Virus record (IMG/VR): IMGVR_UViG_3300001869_000005
Coordinates: 33,973 to 97,972 of that record
Direction: 5' to 3' (one strand)
Source: a virus
Lineage: Duplodnaviria > Caudoviricetes
Length of the DNA: 64,000 nt
Every line of letters starts with the position of its first letter. The first letter of the stretch is position 1. The position numbers and the translations under genes are program-made. The notes under the pieces are model-generated. The model made no database searches and had not been told where the DNA came from. It saw nothing but the letters and a program-made list of their open reading frames with translations. Positions 1 through 9,485 of the stretch are shown here, piece after piece.

Positions 1-387
1 TCATCTGTGTGGGATTTATGGCAACAATTACCTGAATCTGGAGAAACTCTTATCATTACCTCTTCTAGAAAGGACGCTCTATGCATTTGGGAGAATGCCA
101 GCATTCCTGCTTGTAGTCTTCAGGCAGAATCATATTTGCCTAAAGAACACGTCGTAGAAGAGCTTAAAAACAGGTTTACAAACGTATATATCCTATATGA
201 TAATGACTTTGACAAAAAAGAAAACTGGGGTGAACATCTTGGTGCTAAAATGTCAGAAAAATATGGTTTAACCCAATTACATTTACCTATAGAACTTAAA
301 GCAAAAGATGTAAGCGATCTATGTAAAATGTATGGAAGAAATACAGTAAATAAAACAATTAACTTATTAATAACAAATCATGAGTAA
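1..387 (+). CDS. DNA primase, C-terminal TOPRIM part (5' end outside window)
   Basis: LIITSSRKDALC and YILYDND (TOPRIM DxD) followed by KDVSD, typical of crAss-like primases. Confidence 0.8.
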   Translation, partial: SSVWDLWQQLPESGETLIITSSRKDALCIWENASIPACSLQAESYLPKEHVVEELKNRFTNVYILYDNDFDKKENWGEHLGAKMSEKYGLTQLHLPIELKAKDVSDLCKMYGRNTVNKTINLLITNHE

Positions 388-613
388 AGTAAGTACATTT
401 AAAACTCTGGGTACTAAATATCCAGAATTCAAAAATCTATCAACAAATCATTTTTCTCAACTTAATAGACTACAGGAGATATATCCAATTGTAAGAACAT
501 TACGAGAAGATTATCCTGCAGCTAAAACTGAATTTTATAATTATCCAACTATTCCCACAAAGGATTTGGGTAAGAAAATATTTGTATTTATTCAAAATAA
601 TTTAACCAATTAA
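380..613 (+). CDS. hypothetical protein (77 aa)
   Basis: ATG overlaps primase end, TAA stop, followed by terminator. Confidence 0.6.
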   Translation: MSKVSTFKTLGTKYPEFKNLSTNHFSQLNRLQEIYPIVRTLREDYPAAKTEFYNYPTIPTKDLGKKIFVFIQNNLTN

Positions 614-622
614 ATAATTTTT

Positions 623-648
623 GGGGAAGATAATCTCTTCCCCTTTTT
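623..648 (+). terminator. intrinsic terminator
   Basis: GGGGAAGA-taatc-TCTTCCCC stem followed by TTTTT. Confidence 0.75.
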
Positions 649-672
649 ATAAACCCTTATAGATTTTTAAAA

Positions 673-1167
673 ATGGATGAAGAACTCGACATTTACAACG
701 AATTAGCAAATCTAAGACCCTTTAAAGGGTCAGAGGATTGTTTAACTCCAGAAGAGTATTTAAAACTATATTTTGACTTAGGAAGACCTGAAACAAAGTT
801 TAGAAATGGCACAATACAATGTTCCAGAGATTGTAACAGAAGCTTTTTTGATTTATACTATCTTACAAAAGCCAAATTCAATGATGTTACATTAGAGGAC
901 GTTGCAAAAATTCTTATTAATTTATGTGAAGATTATGGTAATACGGGCATAAGTGCCTTATTTTGTCCCAATATTGAAAAAGTAGTATTTACTAATTTTT
1001 CGGAAAAAGGTTATGAATTAGAAGACTATAGTTTCTTTTATGACCAAGATTCTCTTATGACTAATGACCGGGATACTGAAAAATATGGTGTTGATAATAT
1101 ATCTTTTTTAGATATAATCTCATTATCTGGTAAAAAAAGAAGGGAAATTATTACTATAATATATTAA
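673..1167 (+). CDS. hypothetical protein, paralog of 1170-1664
   Basis: 164 aa; shares PxKGSE, QC..xNRSFxDLYxLTKAKF and CxNIxK with the next ORF. Confidence 0.75.
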   Translation: MDEELDIYNELANLRPFKGSEDCLTPEEYLKLYFDLGRPETKFRNGTIQCSRDCNRSFFDLYYLTKAKFNDVTLEDVAKILINLCEDYGNTGISALFCPNIEKVVFTNFSEKGYELEDYSFFYDQDSLMTNDRDTEKYGVDNISFLDIISLSGKKRREIITIIY

Positions 1168-1169
1168 TT

Positions 1170-1664
1170 ATGGAAGAAAAACAATTATATGTAATTCCTA
1201 AAGAAATTGAGGATGACTTATCTAGATTAGTTCCTTATAAAGGAAGTGAAGAAATTACTGATCCTATAGAATATATTCTTAATTATATAAACATAGGGGC
1301 ACCTTCAACATTTTACAATGATGGGGAATTACAATGTAGAAGTGGAAGAAACAGAAGTTTCTTGGACTTGTATTTTCTAACTAAGGCAAAATTTCCTGAA
1401 ATTACATTGTCAGAATTTGCTAAAATCTTTTTAGAATTGCACGAGGTTCCCTATGGAAACAGGTTTAAGATTATAGTATATGTATGTGGGAATATCCAAA
1501 AACCCGTATTATATATGGGATATAGCATTTATGGGGGGGCACTAAGTATTTCTACTGTGGAGCATATGGAGAAGTATTTATTCCGTAGTACATATACAGA
1601 TATTACAATAGCACAAATCTTTGATTTAGTTGGATTAGATTATTATCATTTTATAAAAGAATAA
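1170..1664 (+). CDS. hypothetical protein, paralog of 673-1167
   Basis: 164 aa; same motifs as the upstream ORF. Confidence 0.75.
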   Translation: MEEKQLYVIPKEIEDDLSRLVPYKGSEEITDPIEYILNYINIGAPSTFYNDGELQCRSGRNRSFLDLYFLTKAKFPEITLSEFAKIFLELHEVPYGNRFKIIVYVCGNIQKPVLYMGYSIYGGALSISTVEHMEKYLFRSTYTDITIAQIFDLVGLDYYHFIKE

Positions 1665-1666
1665 TT

Positions 1667-2032
1667 ATGTATATTGGAGTTTATGGAACCCTTAAAAAGG
1701 GTCAACACGCAAATTGGATGTTAGCGAACAGTCCTTTTATTGGAGAATTTAGGACAGACATACCTTTTCAAATGTATAATTTAGGGGCATATCCAGCATT
1801 AATCGCAGATGAAGAAAGTCATCCCATTACATTAGAAGTATATGCTGTTACCGATGAAGACATTTTAAATTGTCTTAATACGTATGAAGGATATCCAAGT
1901 CTTTATCAAAAAAGTGAAATCATGGTGGATAAGAAAGAATGGACAGAAGCTATAGAAGTAACAATCTATACTATGAAGAATAACCATAAAGATAGATTTA
2001 TGAGTGTTGTAGAATCTGGTAATTGGAAATAA
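1667..2032 (+). CDS. gamma-glutamylcyclotransferase (GGCT/AIG2-like)
   Basis: VYGTLKKG loop, YPAL, EVY, LNTYEGYP catalytic Glu motif. Confidence 0.9.
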   Translation: MYIGVYGTLKKGQHANWMLANSPFIGEFRTDIPFQMYNLGAYPALIADEESHPITLEVYAVTDEDILNCLNTYEGYPSLYQKSEIMVDKKEWTEAIEVTIYTMKNNHKDRFMSVVESGNWK

Positions 2033-2049
2033 TTTAAAATTAAAAAAAT

Positions 2050-2829
2050 ATGTTCGTACAAATTAGAAGTAAAAATGATACTGCTGCTGCCCTTAGAGGT
2101 AAAGTAGTTACTAGAAAAAGAACAGTACTGCGTTTGGGTAGTAATACCTCAACTGATCAAATCTTTCCAGAAGGAGTTCGTAGAGGTAAAGAAATCGTTG
2201 AAATCAATACAGTTGAAGCGTGTCATAATAGTGGTAACAAAATTACCATGAAACAAATGTTTGATGCTGCTGGAATAATTACTGCAGAATGGAAACCTTT
2301 GAATGAAGTCTTTGAAGAAAATAATGTCATAGATTGGGATCATTTCCCAGCCATCATTAAACACAAAAATTCCAGTAAAGGAAATGGTATTTTCTATATT
2401 GAAGACGGTGATCAATTAAGAACTTTTCAAAATGAACACAACAATCTTTCTAATTACATTATTGAGAAATTTTACAATTATGTAAAAGAATATCGACTCC
2501 ATGTCACAAAAGATGGTTGTTTCTATACATGTCGTAAAATGCTTAGAGATGATGCACAAGAAAGATGGCATCGTCACGACAGTAATTCTGTATGGATTCT
2601 TGAAGAGAATGAATTATTTGATAAACCATCAAATTGGGATGCAATTGTTGCTGAGTGTGTAAAAGCTATGCAATCAGTTGGTCTTGATATCTCCGCAATT
2701 GACATTAAGGTGAATAAACAACGTGAACCTAAATTTATTATTTTGGAGACAAATTCTGGGCCTGCCTTGGCAACTATTACTACAGAAAAATATATCAATA
2801 AATTACAAGAAATCGTAGATGAATTTTGA
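2050..2829 (+). CDS. ATP-grasp amide ligase (RimK-like, phage type)
   Basis: FPAIIK, SKGNGI, IEKF, EYRLHV, AIDI, ILETNSGP motifs. Confidence 0.85.
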   Translation: MFVQIRSKNDTAAALRGKVVTRKRTVLRLGSNTSTDQIFPEGVRRGKEIVEINTVEACHNSGNKITMKQMFDAAGIITAEWKPLNEVFEENNVIDWDHFPAIIKHKNSSKGNGIFYIEDGDQLRTFQNEHNNLSNYIIEKFYNYVKEYRLHVTKDGCFYTCRKMLRDDAQERWHRHDSNSVWILEENELFDKPSNWDAIVAECVKAMQSVGLDISAIDIKVNKQREPKFIILETNSGPALATITTEKYINKLQEIVDEF

Positions 2830-3619
2830 TCAGACTAGAAATTTTTATACTGTATACAAATATAAATTCTTAGATTCAACGGAATGGACTGTTCCTTTAC
2901 AAACTAATTGTTTTGGTACATTTTTTTCAGATACTAAAGTAAAAAATGCTATAGAAACAGAATCTTCAAAAAGTATAGAATTTAATATATTTGTTAACAC
3001 TGACCCTAAAAGTAATACCGCTCTTTGTAATTTATGTTTATTAAACAAAGAAGAAGTTATTAGTTTCCTTGACGAGATTAAACAATGGATAAACTTTTCT
3101 TATACATTAGAATACGAAGAAAAATGTTTTTACATTAATTTAATCACTAGTACTAATCTTCTAGGTAATAAATTACTATTAACTTTAGTAAGATTCTTAT
3201 GGGAAGGTCCTTTTAATATTTGTTTAAAAGAGGCAATAGAGTTAAAAAAAAGAAATTATTTCCCAAAGTTGACTCTTTTGTATACACATCTTTTAGTGCA
3301 AACATCTTTATATAGGGATTGCGCTCAGCCACACGGATTAATTTCTCATCCAACTAAGCCTATTCCAATTTATACAAAGTTAAAGTTAAAAAATAAACTT
3401 AAAATCCCAGCAAACGATCGTAACCCAGTGAATAATTTCTTTAATAATCCTGGAGGAGATTTTACTTTTTATGCAGGAGGATCTTTGTATAAAACAAATA
3501 CCCCCAACAATTTATTTTTAAAAGATGGGAAGTTGGCAATGGAAGATGCAGACATTAGTAGTCGTGTAGAAAATTATCATAATATTAATTATAAAACATT
3601 ATTTGGTGAACAAAAATAA
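2819..3619 (+). CDS. hypothetical protein within amidoligase cluster
   Basis: 266-aa ORF overlapping both neighbours; no recognised motif. Confidence 0.7.
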   Translation: MNFDQTRNFYTVYKYKFLDSTEWTVPLQTNCFGTFFSDTKVKNAIETESSKSIEFNIFVNTDPKSNTALCNLCLLNKEEVISFLDEIKQWINFSYTLEYEEKCFYINLITSTNLLGNKLLLTLVRFLWEGPFNICLKEAIELKKRNYFPKLTLLYTHLLVQTSLYRDCAQPHGLISHPTKPIPIYTKLKLKNKLKIPANDRNPVNNFFNNPGGDFTFYAGGSLYKTNTPNNLFLKDGKLAMEDADISSRVENYHNINYKTLFGEQK

Positions 3620-4253
3620 ATTAAAAGTATATGTTGTTGGACCTTCTACAGGATATGCAAGATTCATTCAGGATTATGTACTAGTTAATAATATGGCTTC
3701 TGCAGATATTATACTATTTACAGGAGGAGCAGATGTGAATCCAAAACTGTATGGGGAAGAAGCTCATCCTACAACATATTTTAATATGGAACGGGATTTA
3801 TTTGAAATACAAGAGTATAAGAAATCTCTAGAAGTGCCTAATGTTTTAAGAGTCGGAATCTGCCGCGGAAATCAGCTCTTGGGTATGTTAAATGGTTGTA
3901 AACTAGTACAAGATGTAACCCATCACGCAATTGGTAAAACCCATAAGGTTATTGTCTATGGAGAAGAGCCGACTATTTTTGATACTACTTCTTTACACCA
4001 TCAAATGGTGTATCCCTATAACATAAACAAAGATGAGTATGATATTTTAGCGGGTTCTTATCCTAAACTATCTGCTCATTATTATGGGGGAGGAATATCC
4101 TGGAAAGACTATTACAAAGAAGTAGAAGTAATCTATTTTCCAAAAACAAATTCTCTTGGAATACAAGGGCATCCGGAAATGATGGACAATTATAGTCCAT
4201 TCGTTAAATATCTTAATTCAATAATTTTATCTAAATTAAATAAAAATGGTTAA
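3603..4253 (+). CDS. class I glutamine amidotransferase-like / peptidase C26 (gamma-glutamyl hydrolase)
   Basis: FTGGADV, GICRG nucleophile elbow, SLHHQ, QGHPE triad; exact start uncertain. Confidence 0.88.
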   Translation: MVNKNKLKVYVVGPSTGYARFIQDYVLVNNMASADIILFTGGADVNPKLYGEEAHPTTYFNMERDLFEIQEYKKSLEVPNVLRVGICRGNQLLGMLNGCKLVQDVTHHAIGKTHKVIVYGEEPTIFDTTSLHHQMVYPYNINKDEYDILAGSYPKLSAHYYGGGISWKDYYKEVEVIYFPKTNSLGIQGHPEMMDNYSPFVKYLNSIILSKLNKNG

Positions 4254-5124
4254 TGTTAATTATATAGATCATGTTACAATTGGATCTGATCCAGAATTAT
4301 TTATTTTTAATAATAAAACAAAAACAGTTGTATCCTCTATTGGATTAATTCCTGGACATAAAAAAGATGCATTTGTTCCAGAAGGATTTCCAGAAGGTTT
4401 TGGTTTACAAACAGATAACATCCTTGGGGAATTTAATATTCCTCCAGTTGTTGTTAATTCTAATCGCCCTGTTGTAGCATTAGAATTTCTTCAGCACATA
4501 AACCGAATGAAGGATTATATCAGGGATTTTGTTAAAATCGTAAATCCAGATTATGACATAAAGTGTAGTGCTTCTGAAATGGTGCCAAATGATCAACTTT
4601 GTAGTGATGAAGCCACTCAGTTCGGATGCGATCCAGATTATAATGTATACACCTTGGGCCAAAATATGGCACCAGAAGGAACTAAAACAAATCTCCGGAG
4701 TACAGGCTGCCACATTCATTGTGGATATAAAAACCCAACGCTACAAACGTCTTTAAGTCTTATAAAAGTATTAGATTTATATCTGGGAGTTCCTTCAGTA
4801 TTAATTGATGCTGATACTAGAAGACGTTCCCTATATGGCAAAGCTGGTTGTTTTAGATTAACAGATTATGGATTAGAATATAGGGTTCTTTCTGGTTATT
4901 TCATAAAAACAGATGAACTTATTAATTGGATGTTTAATCAAACATTACAAGCAATTAATTATTTTAATACTTGTCTGGAACAGGCTTCTTCAGAAGGAAA
5001 TTTAGAAAACTTTAATATTGATTCATATTTACCTTCACAAGGATCAATATTAAATAGTATTAACAATGGTAACAAAATATCAGCAAAAAGATTAATTACA
5101 AAGTATGGTATTGAATTAGTATAA
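4246..5124 (+). CDS. phiEco32-like COOH-NH2 ligase type 2
   Basis: IGSDPELF, DN..EFN, GCDPD, RSTGCHIHCG, RRSLYGKAG.FR, YGLEYRVLS. Confidence 0.9.
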   Translation: MVNVNYIDHVTIGSDPELFIFNNKTKTVVSSIGLIPGHKKDAFVPEGFPEGFGLQTDNILGEFNIPPVVVNSNRPVVALEFLQHINRMKDYIRDFVKIVNPDYDIKCSASEMVPNDQLCSDEATQFGCDPDYNVYTLGQNMAPEGTKTNLRSTGCHIHCGYKNPTLQTSLSLIKVLDLYLGVPSVLIDADTRRRSLYGKAGCFRLTDYGLEYRVLSGYFIKTDELINWMFNQTLQAINYFNTCLEQASSEGNLENFNIDSYLPSQGSILNSINNGNKISAKRLITKYGIELV

Positions 5125-5186
5125 CTACTATTTTATTTACAGATAGTCTTTTTCTTTGAATTATTAATTAAAAAATAAAAAAGTAA

Positions 5187-6710
5187 ATGTTAAATATAAT
5201 TCTTATATCTTTATTAATACACTATATAATTCTATTAATAAAAAAACCTAATTTAAATGTTCTAAATTGTGGAATATTTGGATACGTAGGCATAGAAAGA
5301 CACCTAGATAAGAAAAGTTTTCTTACTCTAGGTTGTGTAAACGATTCTCGTGGGGGCGACTCTACAGGAATTTTTATTGATAGGCAATTTGAATATGGAG
5401 TAGGCCCTAAAAAATACTTTTCTGACTTTTTTCCAGACAGTGAGTTACTTAAAAATACAACCACTGCCAAAATTGCATTAGGGCATTGCAGAAAAGCTTC
5501 TGTAGGAGCCATTAATGCAGACACTGCTCAACCCGTGGTAATAAAAAACAGAGATACTGGGAAACCAGAATTTGTATTACTACATAATGGTACATTATTA
5601 AACCATAAAGAATTAGCTAAAAAATATTTATCTAATACACCAGATACATATACAGATAGTCAAATTATGGCTTATATTATTTACTATAATGGATTCGATG
5701 TTTTAGCAGAATATGAGGGAGCCGGGGTATTTGTAATTGCTGACTATAGAAAAACCCCAAATTCTCCAGACATTTATATGTTTAAGGGAGAATCTTTACA
5801 GTATTCTTACTCTAAGGATATAAGTGAAGAACGACCTATTTATATTTCTATAGAAGATAGAGGTATATGGTTTTCATCAATTCAAGATTTTTTAGAAACC
5901 ACTCGTTATGGGGATGGATTGATACGCACATTAAAAGGTAATCGCCTTTATCATATTAAAAATGGAGAAATAAAATCTCATACTGCATATGATAGAAGTA
6001 CAAGACATCAATCTGCAATAATTCAAACTTATAATACATATGCTCGTCGAGAATTTGAAGATTATGATGAATATTTACCTGCTGCAAAAGCTATAACTGG
6101 CCAAAATAATAGAGGAGCTACTTTTGTTTGCACAGATTATGTTACTCCAACTATTCGTCCAGCAACAAAATTAATTTTTGTAGATGGAAAATATGTAATG
6201 GACAACATAAATGCTCATGGTAAGTATAAATTAAGCGCTTACGGATATCAAACAACCTTTGAATCTGAAACTAATTTGGACTTTTGGTTTTTTGGAGGAG
6301 TATTATTGTATAATGAAAAGTGCTATAAAATTCTCACTGAAATTTTTAACTTGTTCGGGTTAGAAGATGTACAGGATTTTATAGATGGATTCCCAGAGGT
6401 TGTATACCCCTATAGTCCTTTAGTATGTTGGGATATTACGGATAAAAAATATGTAAAGTATGATTCTACAAAATCTGTTTTCTTTACTGGCACTATGGGA
6501 ATAATATTAGATGGAGATGATTGTGAATATACATTTGTTGATGGTAAGTTAATAACAAAAACAACTTATCCATATTCTGCAGATAAATTACAAATATCTC
6601 GATTTAAAAAAGCAGCAGAAAAATTTAAAGATATTAAAGTTGCAGCAGAAGTAAAAGATATCTGTGATTGGTTGGGTTATTTTACCGAAGTTAATAAAGA
6701 AGAAAATTAA
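5187..6710 (+). CDS. class II (Ntn) glutamine amidotransferase with hydrophobic N-terminal extension
   Basis: CGIFG, RGGDSTG, GHCRKAS, HNGT, TDS motifs; catalytic Cys is residue 28. Confidence 0.85.
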   Translation: MLNIILISLLIHYIILLIKKPNLNVLNCGIFGYVGIERHLDKKSFLTLGCVNDSRGGDSTGIFIDRQFEYGVGPKKYFSDFFPDSELLKNTTTAKIALGHCRKASVGAINADTAQPVVIKNRDTGKPEFVLLHNGTLLNHKELAKKYLSNTPDTYTDSQIMAYIIYYNGFDVLAEYEGAGVFVIADYRKTPNSPDIYMFKGESLQYSYSKDISEERPIYISIEDRGIWFSSIQDFLETTRYGDGLIRTLKGNRLYHIKNGEIKSHTAYDRSTRHQSAIIQTYNTYARREFEDYDEYLPAAKAITGQNNRGATFVCTDYVTPTIRPATKLIFVDGKYVMDNINAHGKYKLSAYGYQTTFESETNLDFWFFGGVLLYNEKCYKILTEIFNLFGLEDVQDFIDGFPEVVYPYSPLVCWDITDKKYVKYDSTKSVFFTGTMGIILDGDDCEYTFVDGKLITKTTYPYSADKLQISRFKKAAEKFKDIKVAAEVKDICDWLGYFTEVNKEEN

Positions 6711-6714
6711 ATAT

Positions 6715-8052
6715 ATGGTTGATAATAAAAAACAAACTGTTTTTGATTACGAAAATCAAGAAGAAATTTCTATGGATTCTGCATATGTAAGGCGCTTAAT
6801 TCAAGGAATTGTAGAAATACAGGGAAGAATTCCAAAAATGGGGTATTTCACTCCAAATAGAGCAAAAAACATTGTTGTAGAAGTTAAGGGAGGCACATAT
6901 GTAGCTCTTTCCAAAGATATATTTATTGATAAATTCTTAGTATATAACAATAATACTGGAAAATATGGATATCATATAGGAAAAGATGATTTAAATTACA
7001 TTAAAACTTTTTCTTTACACAAAGGCTCCGGTGATTTTCCTTACAGTTCTATAACAAGAGATTACAATGCTCAAAGAAATTTAGAGAAATTTGCTAGTAC
7101 AGCAAAAGCGTGTCATGTAAATCCTTCTAAATACAAATCCTTAGTCCCTTATACATTTGGATTAGAATATGAAACTTCTGCCGGGTATGTACCAGAAGAA
7201 CTGTGCTATTCAAAAGGATTAATACCTCTAAGAGATGGTTCAATCACAGGAGTTGAATATGCTTCTATAGTAATGAATTCACAAACTGGGTTTGAACTAT
7301 TAAGGGAACAATTGGATGTATTAAAAACTTATACAGAGTATGACAAGGAGTGTTCATTGCATATTCATTTTGGTGGATATCCTGTAGATGAAAAAGCAAT
7401 CACCGTTTTATATTTTATTTTTGAAAGGCTGCAATATGCATTACATCATAATGAAATTGTGCCGCATTACACATTCAGTACTTGCAAATATAAAAGCAGT
7501 GGTAAAGATTATTGTAAAATGCTTCCAGGACGAGATACTTTTAACTCAATTTATGAGTTTTTAAGTGGTGGGGGAACTCCATTTTTAGGAAGTTTTACAA
7601 TACCTCATCCGGGAGATCAACGACATGATACTAAATGGAATATCCATTCGCGGTATTATGCTATGAACCTTATCAATATGTGTTTTTATCAGACTCCTAA
7701 AACAGTAGAAATGCGGTTTTTAAGACCGTCTTATAATTACAACAAAATTGTAAATTGGATCTTTATATTTAGTAGTATATTGCAATTTGCTAATAAATAT
7801 GCTATAGAATCTACAAAAGGTTTAAAATATAATACAATTTACAACAAAATTTGTAATTTATTTGATGGGAGCATTAGTGATTTTGAAAGAATTTTTACAG
7901 AAGTATATCCTTCAGAAATTGTTTCAGAATTAATGAATTTCTTAACAACACTTTCTGCAATTAATCACAAACAGATACAATTAGGAGATTATATTGGCAA
8001 ATTAGACAAATTTGATGATAGTCTAATTACAACTAATGCATTAGAAGTTTGA
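6715..8052 (+). CDS. putative amidoligase (glutamine-synthetase-like fold, Amidoligase_2 type)
   Basis: TFGLEYET, RDGSI.GVEY, SLHIHFG, RYYAMN, TVEMR; ATG at 6715 preferred over 6664. Confidence 0.82.
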   Translation: MVDNKKQTVFDYENQEEISMDSAYVRRLIQGIVEIQGRIPKMGYFTPNRAKNIVVEVKGGTYVALSKDIFIDKFLVYNNNTGKYGYHIGKDDLNYIKTFSLHKGSGDFPYSSITRDYNAQRNLEKFASTAKACHVNPSKYKSLVPYTFGLEYETSAGYVPEELCYSKGLIPLRDGSITGVEYASIVMNSQTGFELLREQLDVLKTYTEYDKECSLHIHFGGYPVDEKAITVLYFIFERLQYALHHNEIVPHYTFSTCKYKSSGKDYCKMLPGRDTFNSIYEFLSGGGTPFLGSFTIPHPGDQRHDTKWNIHSRYYAMNLINMCFYQTPKTVEMRFLRPSYNYNKIVNWIFIFSSILQFANKYAIESTKGLKYNTIYNKICNLFDGSISDFERIFTEVYPSEIVSELMNFLTTLSAINHKQIQLGDYIGKLDKFDDSLITTNALEV

Positions 8053-8759
8053 TGAGTTTACCATTTTTTAAAGGTTGGAAACACCTTATAAATTCATCAA
8101 CAGTAAAAGACATTATTTCTATTCTGGATGTGGCTTACCAAGGCGGTAAAGTCACTCCAGAAAAGAAAGATGTTTTTAAATGTTTTATGAAATGCCCATA
8201 TGATAAACTTAAAGTAGTAATTATTGGTTTAGATCCATACCCTCAAAAAGGAATAGCTACAGGATTAGCATTTGCTAATAAACCAAATACCACAACATTA
8301 AGTCCTTCATTAAGTGTTATTAAAGAGGCTCTATTTAACCCACATGATCTAATTATATGGCCTGAGGGTAAAAATACAACTGATTTAAAAAATAATTTTG
8401 ATATAAGTTTAGAATATTGGGCAGAACAAGGAGTTTTATTACTAAATTCTGCTTTAACAACAATGTTAAACAATCCAGAGGCACATATAGATTTATGGAG
8501 ACCTTTTATATCAAAATTATTAATAAGTTTATCAGATAGAAATCCTGGAATTGTTTATATATTGTTTGGACGAGTTGCAAAAAATCTATCAGTCTATATT
8601 AATCACAATACTAATTGCGTCCTTATGGAAAATCATCCTGCCGCTTTTGCTCGATATGAACAAGAAATGGGAGATGATGTATTTATTGAGGCAAATAAGT
8701 ATTTAAAAAGTCAGTATAATGAAACAATTGATTGGTGTGGATACAGAAGACTTGGATGA
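8049..8759 (+). CDS. ung: uracil-DNA glycosylase, family 1
   Basis: KVVIIGLDPY (GQDPY variant), ATGLAF, WAEQGVLLLNSALT, HPA. Confidence 0.9.
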   Translation: MMSLPFFKGWKHLINSSTVKDIISILDVAYQGGKVTPEKKDVFKCFMKCPYDKLKVVIIGLDPYPQKGIATGLAFANKPNTTTLSPSLSVIKEALFNPHDLIIWPEGKNTTDLKNNFDISLEYWAEQGVLLLNSALTTMLNNPEAHIDLWRPFISKLLISLSDRNPGIVYILFGRVAKNLSVYINHNTNCVLMENHPAAFARYEQEMGDDVFIEANKYLKSQYNETIDWCGYRRLG

Positions 8760-9216
8760 TCAATTAGAAAATAAAAAAGTTAAGAATACCAAAAGAGTCC
8801 TATATGATGGGATTTATTTTAGAAGTAAACTAGAAGTAAATTGTTATAAACGACTTATTATAGCGGGCTTTACTCCTTTATATGAGCCACACAAATTTAG
8901 ACTTATTGATAAGTTAATTCTTGATAGGGTGCAATACTTTTGCCCCTATAAAGAAAAAAAACTAAAAAAGTATGGCCCATATCCAAGGATTATTCAAGGA
9001 ATAACTTATACTCCAGATTTTTATATCTTCTACAAGAACATTCATATTTATTTTGATACTAAAGGACATCCAAATGATGTCTATCCTCTAAAGAAAAAGA
9101 TGTTTTTAAGAAAACTAAGTGAACTTTCACAGGGAACGGGTGAACAGTATATCTTTTTTGAACCGCACAACATTGGGCAAATACAACAAAGTATTAATGT
9201 AATATTATCATTATGA
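8719..9216 (+). CDS. PD-(D/E)XK endonuclease (DUF1064 / resolvase-like)
   Basis: FRSKLE, YTPDF, DTKG motifs. Confidence 0.75.
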   Translation: MKQLIGVDTEDLDDQLENKKVKNTKRVLYDGIYFRSKLEVNCYKRLIIAGFTPLYEPHKFRLIDKLILDRVQYFCPYKEKKLKKYGPYPRIIQGITYTPDFYIFYKNIHIYFDTKGHPNDVYPLKKKMFLRKLSELSQGTGEQYIFFEPHNIGQIQQSINVILSL

Positions 9217-9485
9217 GTTTATTAAAAAAAATTATAAGTTTAACTAATAGTATTCCTAAAAAAGATGTTACTATTTTTGAAAAATGTATTACAGAAAGAA
9301 GATTTGATGATGCATTAGACCTTATTACTTCTATAATTATATTAATTAATAGAGCAGAAGAAAAATCTTATTATTTTGAAATAGACGTAGAACCCCTATT
9401 CTTACTACAGACATATTTAATTTTCTATATAGATCAACTTAATATTTATGAAACAAATGAATCTAACATAATTAAAAATGATTAA
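9213..9485 (+). CDS. hypothetical protein
   Basis: 90 aa, ATGA-coupled to upstream gene. Confidence 0.6.
   Translation: MSLLKKIISLTNSIPKKDVTIFEKCITERRFDDALDLITSIIILINRAEEKSYYFEIDVEPLFLLQTYLIFYIDQLNIYETNESNIIKND

Noticed and set aside
1667-8052. Direct mechanistic link between the glutamine-using enzyme cluster and TAG=Gln recoding
   Set aside because: No tRNA-binding or GatB-like domain seen, and similar clusters occur in standard-code phages.
8225-8245. UDG GLDPY instead of GQDPY as a sign of inactivation
   Set aside because: Catalytic Asp, Asn and His are retained; one substitution is not enough to claim altered function.
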